Assembly (NCBI GenBank): GCA_040954595.2
Contig: CM082576.2
Coordinates: 7,381,129-7,445,128, forward strand
DNA from: Balanoglossus misakiensis
Lineage: Eukaryota > Animalia > Hemichordata
DNA: 64,000 bases
Direction: 5' to 3'
In this document: one piece after another, positions 53,380 through 64,000 of the stretch
Position numbering within the stretch: position 1 is the stretch's first letter
Layout of the letters: every line of letters begins with the position of its first letter
Notes under the pieces: model-generated
What the model was told of the DNA's origin: nothing
What the model saw: only the letters and a program-made list of their open reading frames with translations
The model's database searches: none
Position numbers and translations under genes: made by a program

Positions 53380-54550
53380 ATGCAGCTTTTTGTCCGTGGC
53401 CAGAAGACCCACACCCTAGAGGTGACTGGGGAACAATCTATCCATGACTTGAAGGTGAGAAAAATAAGTTTAGAGATGTGGTTTAGTTGTGGGAAGACAT
53501 CCCATAAAACAGGTTATGTGGGGAAAATACTGATCAATGTGTACACAAATTTATATCGGCAAGATTTTTGAGGATTATTATGGTTCTAGAAAAATCTTCA
53601 AAACATAAACATGTTAATTTGTGTCTTTTTCCTGTAGATCCGTCTTGCAGATGCTGAAGGAATTCCAGTTTCAGATCAGCTCTTAATGTACGGTGGTCGA
53701 CCACTCGATAATGAAGAAACTATTTCACTATGTGGCATCAATGAGCTTGCCACTCTCGATCTTGCTGTTCCTTTGCTGGGAGGTTTGTGTGGATTATTTG
53801 CGTATTGCGTCAATGGCCTGTTTCACACTAGCAACACACTCACACTGTCTGTGGATTCAAATTATACATTTAGGATACCACTTCCATCAGACCCTTTATT
53901 ATGTCAATCAAGGTTTTCAGGTCACATATCAGAGAACTAACCACAGTATTCATGCCTTGTGGGAGGTAATGACTTTTGTAGAGGCATATTAACTGATACA
54001 TATTTTTCCCATTTCACAGGAAAAGTACACGGCTCTCTGGCCCGTGCAGGAAAAGTCAAGGGACAAACCCCAAAGGTAACTGACATTTCTCCGAATTATG
54101 ACATATACTTTATTATTATTATCAGTGATGTACAGGCAAGCTGAAAAATGGATATTCAGGGCAGAAAGTACATGTAACATCATTGCTATTTGTTCTAAGT
54201 TCTGTGCAAAGTAGACTAAAATGCTGAACAACTAGGCATCTTTACAGGTTTCCATCTCTTGTATATGCCAGCAATCAAAGTTGTTTGTGCTGTCGTGAAA
54301 CCATCAAAACAATATCTTAAGATTCTAAAATATCTTAATTTTTTATGACTCGGTGTAAAACCTCAAGCTTGCTAGGGCCATATGTACTTACACTCTCCTT
54401 CTTTTCATGTTATGACCACAGGTTGACAAGCAAGAAAAGAAAAAGAAGAAGACAGGACGTGCCAAGCGCCGCATGCAATACAATCGTCGCTTTGTCAATG
54501 TTGTCCCCACATTTGGAAAGAGGCGGGGTCCTAACTCCAATTCTGCTTAA
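53380..54550 (+). CDS. FAU: Ubiquitin-like FUBI-ribosomal protein eS30 fusion
   Basis: Exons 53380-53454, 53638-53782, 54020-54075, 54422-54550. MQLFVRGQ...LLGG|[19 protein letters not shown]...GPNSNSA*. Confidence 0.97.
53478..53615 (+). ncRNA. Candidate intronic box H/ACA snoRNA (FAU intron 2)
   Basis: Hairpin - ACACAA (ANANNA, 53543-53548) - hairpin (AAGATTTTT/AAAAATCTT plus G-U extension) - ACA at 53610; ~138 nt; ribosomal-protein host gene. Folded by eye only. Confidence 0.35.
53874..54003 (+). ncRNA. Candidate intronic box H/ACA snoRNA (FAU intron 3)
   Basis: Weak 5' hairpin - AGAGAA (53931-53936) - hairpin CAGT..ATGCCT..AGGCAT..ACTG - ACA at 53998; ~130 nt. Folded by eye only; lies very close to the 3' splice site. 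Confidence 0.3.
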
Positions 54551-56095
54551 ATGTGTACAAATAATTTACCTGACGTGTATTTCCTATAAAACTATGATAG
54601 ATCTGGCAAAATAAAGATCTTGTATGTTTTTCAGAGGTATATATGTGTGGTTCACTTTACTATTAATTACACATGATTTTGTGTGTTTATATGGGTGTGT
54701 TTCAAGGGAAATTATGGTGTGTGTGTGTATATACTTGACCACACGTGCTTGTGTGAACATCTTCCCAACTGATAATGGTGTTTCCGACAAATGCACTTGC
54801 ACACAAATTTTTGCATCAAAAGAAGTTGGAAACAATAGCATGTAGGAGAATAATCTGAAGAAAAGATCTCTATTACAAAATCGAATTTAAATAAATTTCA
54901 CAGAATAGCATATCACGACAAAACATCAATTTTCGTAAAAAGTTTGTTTTTTATTGGCAGTTAAAGCAACCAGTCCATGCACAAAGTAATGGCGGTGAAC
55001 TGAGTTTGTGGATTGAAAAAGCACACAAGTTTTCAAGTTTAAGTATTATCTGCCTCTGCGTGAGGTGTAAGATTCTGTTACAAGAGTTGGCAGGGCAGCT
55101 AGGATACATTGTACTCTGAAATGTTTTCCAGGTTTCTGATGAACTGGTAACATTTTTTTGATATGCATGTGGCTGTGGAACATGAACTAGATTTCGTGTT
55201 CTGGTTAGTGGTATACCTATACTGTGTCTAGTAACAATGGCAAGTACCAGATCATGAACACAATGTAAACCCACTCATCTCTGTTTTAATTTGACCTATC
55301 AACCCCTATCTACCCTCACTTGAATAAATTTTATACCAACATTGAATTTACAATAATTCTTCCAAATGTTTATTCATATTATTAAATTTATTGTATACTA
55401 TATGTCAATTGCCCTCTAAATGTGGACTTCTTCCACACACCTGCTTATATTCAAAAACTTTTGGGCAAAATATGCCTGACCTGCTCTAGACGATTCAGTT
55501 TAAATACGTTTTGAAATGTTTTAGCACACATGACAGTCAGACATTACACCAATGTAATGTCATGGCAGGTTTCTGATAAATTAAAAAGCACACAAATTTG
55601 GATGGTCTGTTCCTTTCTTTTCTTTTTATCAACATTTTTCGACTTTCAAAATGATCCCTTCAGGAAATGGTGGAGCTGTTTGTACATAACTGATTCTGAC
55701 CTGAGTTGACTCGAATCAAACAAAAATAAACACAGAATATGAGTTGGAATGCATTTTTCTTCAAATACAAATAAATAATAAATGTTTTGAATGAGGCAAT
55801 CTGAGACTGACTGAAAATTCACAATTATAGGCAAGGCAGTTAGGCACAGATATCAATGATGCGATTATCTTTATATTACATGTGTACTTCTTAAACTTTT
55901 GGAAGAGCACGATTTTGCACTTGGCAGTACAAAAAATCCTGTACAATTTTCAGTAAGTACCGGTAAGTTCCAACTTGAAGAGTGTATAAGGCACAGTTGT
56001 CCTGTGTCCTGTCTCTGTAGCCCCTGGCTCTCACTCTCCTGACGAGGTCATGACCTGGGCACAAAATACAAACTCTTTCTGCCATACATCCAGTC

Positions 56096-59000
56096 TCACA
56101 TCAGAATGCAGCAGGACTCGTCCATTTCTTTGGCTGGTACGTCAACAATACTGGCTTCGCTGTCACACCGGGAAAATAATTTAATCTGCTCCATCTGCTT
56201 CTCGATGTCGCATTTGTGCCTCGCCATGACAATTTTTGTTAGCTCGACAAACACCTGCAAGTTGAACAAAAGTTGCAGAGAATCGGTGTTGATTGGATTA
56301 CTATTTCAAAATCTGGCATTACTACTAGGAAGAACAATAAACCAAGTTGTCACATCAATAAAAAAAATCCACATACCTCATCAATGTTGGTGTCATTGAA
56401 GGCACTTGTTTCATAAAAAGGCACTTTGAGTTCTTTGGCAAGCTTGAAAAAAAGCAAACTTATGTTAGCACTCGTAACAATAAACCCTACCGAAGATCAT
56501 ACAAGTATCTGACATGTCTCTCACTATTCACAAATATCAATTTCCTCTCACCTGCTCTCCTTGTTGCCTGGTGATGGCCCTCCTCTGCCTGGAATCATTT
56601 TTGTTGCCAACCAGCATAATTTCTATGTCTTCAGGAGCGCACTAAACGAATAGGAATGAAAGGCAAGGAATTAATCAGGGTATTTCACCTGCAATCACAC
56701 CCAAACTACTCTCTGAGTGACAAGACTTGGAGATGCCAGTTAATAGCGTTAAATCTTTGATTAACATGAAGAAAAGGTACGCATATGCAAAAACACTGCG
56801 TTAACATAGAATTCAGACAAAGCAGGCCATGTAGCTATGGTTCAGTTCTAAAAATATTAAACATTGTTTTATTTTCAAAATAATAGCCAGCACTCAGTTA
56901 GAAATAAATACAAAAAACACACGACAAAAAGGCAAAGCAGGCTATTTATGTGACAAGAAGTAAATCTGCAGTCTAAAAAGAATCTTTCAAATTCCGTACA
57001 TATTTTAGATTATATTATTTGGTAATAAAAGTGCATTTATGAGGTTCGTAATATCTTCCGTACATCCAATTCCCTATGTAGTTCAAAATGTTGAAATACT
57101 TACATTTGACACAAGATCCAACCATTTCTTGATATTTTGAAATGATGATTCATTGGATATATCATACACAACAACAACACCCTGAGAAAATAAAGTACAC
57201 TTGTAATTGCAAAAAAAAAAAAAATCAATTTTTTTTCTAAATGAAAATGTTGATTACCATAGTTTCATTTATTTTTGATGAAAAAATTCTAATATTATTA
57301 TCTGGTACAGAATTATCTACTTGGTGGGTGATAAAATAAAATGATCCATCTGCTTATTTTAAAAATGCATGATGCCTCCAGGCCGGATTCTGATATTGGT
57401 ATGTATAGTTTTTTATTTAAAGCACAGCACTGCGATGGAAGAATTTACCAGAAACAACTACCCATCCACCCCTACAATAAAATGGTTCATCCCTGACCTA
57501 TGGAGAAAAGGTTCCTACCTGTGCTCGTCTGTAATATTGTTTTGTTATTGTTTCATAGCGTTCCTGTCCCGCGGTGTCCCTGGCGTGCAAATATATGAGA
57601 TGGTGACGTGAAATCGTGTGGAAAGACTTTGCACAATTTGCATTTATGGAGATTTTCCTTAACTACCAACATGAACAACATCGAAAAATGATTTATCATC
57701 TAGAAACACATTAATTTCTATCTTCTCACAAAAAATGTGCGCAGATTTTTACCATGGCGACACAATGTCAGTCAAATCAAATGCTTGTCTCTAAGTCTGA
57801 ACGAACCTTACAAAAATTTTTCCAGATTTATATTTCAATACATTGCAAAGTACATGTAATACACTCAAAATTAACAAAAGAATTAACAAAAGAATATGGT
57901 GAACAGTATTTGGAAGCATTAAGGGAGAATGGGATTAAAGCAGGAAGATATTAATTTAATGTATATATAGTATGTATATTTAAACAGATTTAAAATAGAA
58001 CAAAAATATATTATTTTACTTTAAATGTCATACCATAAAATGAGCAAATTTTTTGGTGTAACCTTTTTATCCCATTAGACTGATTCACAAGGATATTAAC
58101 ACCATAGATAACCATGAGGTGGAGAAAGAACTTAATGAATAGAGGAAACATAATCATAGTGAATTCTGGAAGGTACATGTAAACACTATTACATACAAAT
58201 ACAAATTGGTTAAAACAATTGAATACAATTACATACCATATTTGTATTCGAATCTTTTTGTTGTCCACTTTAAGCGTTTTCATTTTAAAATCAATTCCTG
58301 CCAAAAATGAACATCGCCAACCGTCAGTTTTGTGAATAACAGTGAAACATACACCAGTTGAAACATTCCTCCACAATCAACATAAAAAGTACAAGCGGCT
58401 GTTTTATGACCTTCATGAAATACTGACATAAATATTAACACATTACATGCTATTTTGCAAGAAGTGACAGCCTTCTTAATGAACCAGTAATATTTTGTCG
58501 TAATTAGCATCAGTAATCACACACAAGAGACTACATGTATACCCATCTATTCAGCTGCCAGTGTCTGCCCCGCCCGGTAACTACGGTAGCAGACACACTA
58601 CACTCAACTCATACCAGCATAATTGTCAAATCTCTTGATTTTGTATGTGTGTGTGTGTGTGTGTGTGAGATAATACTGCTGGTACAAAGTAATGTATGAA
58701 ATTAACTGGATATCTGAATGAAACAAAAACATATTAGGTTTTGTAAACAATGAACTGAGTGTAAAGACCTGCTGTGCACTGCCGACCACCTGTTGATTGC
58801 ATTCACACATAAACAGATGATAAAAAGGATCAAAACCTTGCTCACCGAACACCGCATTGAAAATGGTGTGTAGCAATGTTTACATGACACATTAGCCTAG
58901 GTCATTCTGGGCTTCTTACACCATCACACCAAAATAACATAACTATAATGCAGACTGCTTTTGTTTTTTAGCTTCTGGTTTTACACTATGCAAATTTAAA

Positions 59001-59780
59001 TTATGTTTTCTTCATGAGCAATCAAGTTGTATTTGCAATTTGGATGGTAAATACCTGTCTTTTTGCTTGGTTTGTTTCAACTTTTTTGCAAGGATATGTC
59101 AAACTTAACATGGCCTTCAAATTTATCACGAGATTCCGAGTGTCAACATTCATACCCATAATGGCCTTCTAAATCCGAACAAACAGTTCATCATACATCA
59201 TGGAATTTGCAAAAGTTATTGCACAAACTGCCTACCAGATCTTTTAGTTTTCAAAGTCATTAACTTCATCACTGACAGTTCCGGACAAAACCCTCACACA
59301 GCAATAAATTTGAATTATGACAAAAATGCTTCAATGAGAACAAAAACCAAATCCAAAGCTTGAGCTAATAGGGAAAGAATGCAAATTGTTTTGCAAGGTT
59401 ATGGTATTGCTATAATTAGAATGTAATCTAGGATGTGATACAAAAAGTGTCATTGGAATAGCTATTCATACAAACATCCTCCACCTGTACCTGCATGTCA
59501 CTCATGGCTATCATTTGAGAAAAAGTCATCAACTTGCCTCAATTAAATTTAAAATATTTTTTTTTGTTTCTTTTTGTTATTTATTTCTTGTAAGAATTAT
59601 TGTTGTTCTTTCGTTTAGTGAACTATGTGAACTGTCAACTATTTATTAGTGCCAGAAATGTTTGAATACTTTGATATGATGACAGCATTTTTGTATTTTA
59701 TCAAATATTTATCAAATATATGGAAATGACAAAAATAGGAAATGTTTGATTGGTTGGTTGGTTGGTTGATTGATTGATTG

Positions 59781-59858
<78 letters not shown>

Positions 59859-60077
59859 AATATGCATTTAGAACATAACGATCTCATTTGAATGATAACT
59901 CCCTTTTTCTGTTAGTGGCAGCTGAATCACCCAGCTACCACTTGTTGACTTACCGATCGTTGATATGTGCGTTGTCGAGATTTCATCGTCTGCAAACCGA
60001 CACAGCATACAAGTTTTCCCAACTCCAGAATCACCAATCATCAAAAGGCGAATCAAAATGTCGTACTGTTTGGCCAT
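56096..60077 (-). CDS. RAB15: Ras-related protein Rab-15-like, 212 aa, 7 exons
   Basis: Exons 60077-59954, 58297-58237, 57579-57519, 57181-57104, 56641-56552, 56442-56377, 56254-56096. [57 protein letters not shown]; ends SCCILM*. Confidence 0.85.
58645..58667. repeat. (TG)n microsatellite
   Basis: About 11 TG units in RAB15 intron 1. Confidence 0.9.
59747..59856. repeat. Compound (GGTT)n(GATT)n microsatellite, ~110 bp
   Basis: Tetranucleotide array in RAB15 intron 1. Confidence 0.95.
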
Positions 60078-60405
60078 TTCGACTAAGGGACTACTGACCT
60101 ACACTACTGAACCAGCGAAACCACGTTGAGTAAACAGCTCACCACTGCATCGCAACACGTCAACGTGTGATCCACCAGCCACTCACGTCTCGACCACCAA
60201 TGAATGAACACCGGAAGTAAAACGTTTCCGCTGATAATCACATTGGAGAATTTAAACTCACATAGGGGAACCGCGGTGTCAGAGGTCAAGATATATGAAG
60301 CCGGGGATTCTCGCTCGTGTTCAGCATACGAGAGGGTCAGTCGTGGTCAAATGTAATGTTTTATGAGAGATTTGACTTGTATTTTGTGGTATCCTGACTT
60401 GAAAG

Positions 60406-63400
60406 ATGTCATCAACAGCTCTTGAAACGCTTATGGAGATGGGATTTCCCCAAAATCGGGCGTAAGTACTTTTGTCCTGTGTGTACCACATGCATTACAC
60501 TTTACAGGGTCCGACCGTGGATGGAGATGGACTGTATTGCTAGAGAGGTGGTAGCCAGCAGAGACTTCCTCCGTGGATTTTGACCTGAGAATTGTGTTCA
60601 TCAACACCGTACACGTTAGCTTTCAACTCTAGTCATTACCACCATGGGTGACACATATTATAAACCAGTGATAAATCACACGAACAAAAAAAATCACTTT
60701 GAGCAAAGATTTCTTGACTTGAGTAATAGATTTTGCAAAAATACATGCTGAGTCATTTGATCGTGAATGGATGATGGATGTACTTATAAGGCCCTTGTGT
60801 GCCAAATTCCATATCATGGTTGCATAATGTGATAAATGTCTTTTTTATCCAATCTTATGTATTGTTTTGGTCTCCTTGTCTTTTTATAACAGGGAGAAAG
60901 CCCTAGCTGTGACAAAATACAATGGTGCACAAGTTGCGATGGACTGGTAAGTGATCTGTTGTCTGAGGTGACAATTTTGTGTGTATTGAATCAGTAAATT
61001 GTATAATACACTCCCATTCAGTACTGTAGCTACATAAATGGATAAATACCAAAGAAGAGGCATACTTCATAATGAATGATGATTGAATGAATGAAGGAAG
61101 GAAGGAAGGAAGGAAGCATGCAAGCAAGCAATATGAGAGCCCACAAATATCACACACACCCGACTTAAGGTTATAAAATGTATTTTTTTAAATTAAAATA
61201 TGTGTAGGCTTCTGGAACATGGTGATGATCCAGACATTGATGAGCCTTACCAAGCCCCACAGGGACATACATTAGGAGAAGACCCAACACCAAAACCTGA
61301 AGGTAAAACACTGTGTGTTGCAAAGTGGTAGATATTGACTTACTTATAGAGTGGCCCCAAATCATTTGTTTCGCCCAATTTCCAAATTTAATCACCTCTG
61401 TGGTTGTTTTCTAGGAGAGGATAAACCACCAGAAGATGCTGCCAGTACTGGTGCACAGCCACTGTCACTGAAATGTGAAGAGTAAGTATATAATGTATTG
61501 TTTTCAGAAAGAATGGGCAGTATACCAAGTAAACAGAGATACAATATGTAGAACTAAGGGGGTAACAGTTTTGTCATATTTTCTGTTGCTTAACACAATA
61601 GTGTTAGACTTTTCATGGTTTTAAATGCACAGAAGGCCATATGGGAAAAATATATTGTGTGATAGATCTATAACAAGCTGACGTGTAATACCTGATGAAG
61701 TGAAACTTTTGAAGCCAAATAAATACATGTACCTACTTTCCTGCCAACCCAGCCGTAAAATCATGTTGAAGAAATATCACTGATAACAAAAATGATTGTT
61801 TTCTGACATTTTAATGTCTTTCTGTTTGCAGTTGTGGAAAACTATTGAAAACTGAAATGGATGTTCAGGTACTGTAACCACAATTTTGCTACATTTCAAT
61901 CTAGTTTGTCACTATGGTTAAATGTAACAGGTTGTCAGCCCATTATGGAAGAATCCCTATTTGATGCTTTTTGTTCTTATTCAGGCACATGCTGCTCGTA
62001 CAGGACATCAGAATTTTTCTGAATCAACTGAGGAAGTAAAACCCTTGACAGAAGAGGAGAAGAAAGAACAGCTGGCCAAGTATGTCCTTGACTGTGTTTC
62101 TGCCAAACTTGTGTTATGTTTATCAACACATTATGTCCACAGACTTACTTGAGTGTAAACCTGATACCATCTGGTTGTTTGCTGTATTTCAATTTCTAGG
62201 CTAGAAGCCAAGATGAAGCAAAGGAGATTTGAAAGAGCTGAACAAGAGAAAAAGGAAGCATTGGAAAAAGAGAAAATGCGAAGGAAGCAGGGACAGTCTT
62301 TGACATCCATGAAAGAAAAGTAAGCCAAATTATTTTGTTTATCTATGAATGCACTGTGTCAAATCTGACAGACAGAAAACGCACATACTTCTATACTAAA
62401 AGCAGAAAAGATTTTGCTGTCATGTTCTGTACCATATGAGATTTTTAGCCAATGTATGCCCATTGTTACCCACCAAACAGATTTGAGTATGAAGAGATGA
62501 AGAAAATAGCAGCAGAAAAGAAGAGAGAGAAGATGGAAGAACGGCTAGCTAGGTAAAGAAGTCGTTCAGCATTGATTTTTCTCTGCAAATTCCAGCCCTG
62601 TGTAATGATCAAAACAAGGCATTGCGTAAAAGTGACATATTTTGGGAGTTATTTTAGAGGTCTGGTAACAATTGTTTTTTACCTTTACAGGCAGCGGGTG
62701 AAGGAACAGATAGCCAGAGACAGAGCTGAACAGGCTGCTCAGTCTTCCGGTCCTGCTGCGGCGTCCCAGCCACAGCCTCCTGCAGCTACACCAGCAGCAG
62801 CTGCTGCAGCAGTAACAGAGCCGACACCCAAGAAAGAATACACAGAAACTCGACTGCAGGTGGGTGCCGTGAGACCCAGGGTGGTACACTGAGAGGGGCT
62901 GGTATGCAAATCAGCAGGAAGATTTTGTGGAGAAGTCATTGCTTCCGTTTTTTCCCTGGCCGATTGCACTGTCAGTGATAGTAATTTTTATCTGTTTCCC
63001 ACAGATTCGTCTCCCCAGTGGCAGCGCTTTGACTCAAACCTTCAAAGTGAGCGAACAGCTGGCAGCTGTTCGTGTCTACGTCCAACTAAATAGAACTGAT
63101 GGCGGTAATGAGCCTTTCACGCTTATGACAACATTTCCCAGGAAAGTCTACTCAGAAGAGGATATGGATAAACCTTTGAAGGAATTAGGTATGGAAATTT
63201 ATTTGTCACCCTCTCACTCTGTCATTCTTTGTCTCGGTCATGATCCACATACTGTACTTAGTTGTTACCATTTGGTGTGGATGACTAAAATACCTCGACA
63301 ATGTGTAATTTAAACAAGTACGACTAAGATTTACATTTTCTGACCATTTCCCAACTTGCTGTTCCTTTTCCCCAGGTCTGGTGCCATCAGCTGTACTCAT

Positions 63401-63416
63401 GGTAACAAAATCGTAG
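60406..63416 (+). CDS. UBXN1: UBX domain-containing protein 1 (SAKS1): UBA, C2H2-like finger, coiled coil, UBX
   Basis: LETLMEMGFPQNRAEKAL...AMDWLLEHGDDPDIDEP; CEECGKLL...HAARTGH; RLQIRLPSGSALTQTF...TTFPRKVY...LKELGLVPSAVL. Confidence 0.93.
61093..61115. repeat. (GAAG)n microsatellite
   Basis: About 5-6 GAAG units in a UBXN1 intron. Confidence 0.8.
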
Positions 63417-64000
63417 CCATGGACACCAGTTACGTACAGTGGACCCTTAATAAGTTGTGGGTGTCTGGATCCATGGCGAAGACTGGAGTTTGTCCATGGT
63501 TGTGAGTCAGTGTGGGGCTGTACAATTAGTGGTGTCCACCATAGTGACATCTATAGAAGTATACTCATGATTGGCCGAAACCACAACTTGTAGAGACACA
63601 ACTTGGCGAGGGTTTTACTGTATCTCCAATGTCCTCAACATCTTTAATGTGTAATATTCATGACTTAGGTAATCAGCTGTGAACTTTGAATGCTGAAGTT
63701 CATATGGAGCGAGTCTGTAAACGGCATATCAATCAAATTGGCCATATCCCATGCAAATAGTAAAACAATATCATTCATTGTCCCTGCAAGTCTGTGTGAA
63801 AAGTTAAATTCCCCTCTTTTTTGAGCATTCATTTTCAGATGTACAAGATTTGTAGTTTTTTTTAATATCACTTGAAGACAACTGTATGATTTCATGAAGT
63901 CTGCCTTGCTGAAATATAAACACTGATAACTTGCAAATCAGTAATTTGATATTATTTGTTTCAATGAAATAAAGAAGCTACAGTAAGTTGTCTTTTTTTA

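Noticed and set aside
60389-60405. U12-type signal (GTATCCTGAC) upstream of the UBXN1 ATG
   Set aside because: Imperfect match and no paired U12 donor/acceptor found; no U12 intron identified in the window.
61692-61783. TGATGA...CTGA box C/D snoRNA candidate in a UBXN1 intron
   Set aside because: No terminal stem or recognisable guide; such motif pairs are frequent by chance.
63665-63910. Possible terminal exon of a further minus-strand gene at the window edge
   Set aside because: An acceptor-like site and open frames exist, but there is no recognisable protein and upstream exons would be outside the window.
1-64000. Selenoprotein/SECIS, stop-codon readthrough, tRNA, rRNA, spliceosomal snRNA, autonomous transposon
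   Set aside because: No in-frame TGA needed in any reconstructed known gene and no matching motifs seen by eye; a covariance-model and repeat scan would be needed to exclude them fully.

Overview
Eukaryotic, intron-rich but very gene-dense DNA from a bilaterian invertebrate (AT-rich, introns mostly 80-1700 bp). I reconstructed 19 protein-coding loci by hand from splice sites. In order: GLRX5 (3' end), an orphan membrane-protein ORF, GALNT7-like, an unrecognised 3-exon 102-aa gene, PDCD2, TRPT1, sororin/CDCA5-like, SCFD1, a FABP, an SRSF3/7/Rsf1-like RRM protein, CRIPT, TMEM179B-like, TMEM179, PRPF39, GNMT, MRPL49, FAU, RAB15 and UBXN1. I found no rRNA, tRNA, CRISPR array or autonomous transposon. 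Main points of interest: (1) near-strict strand alternation (16 of 18 junctions) giving 8 divergent pairs, several sharing a DR1-type promoter motif, with CTCF-like motifs at both tandem junctions; (2) two unrecognised genes, one possibly frameshifted or disrupted; (3) a donor/stop overlap and candidate microexon in the SR-like gene; (4) candidate intronic structured RNAs; (5) an orphan TATA/Inr promoter. I did not find a clear-cut new multi-gene system. Gene names come from recalled protein similarity rather than database searches, and the ncRNA and regulatory calls are hypotheses.
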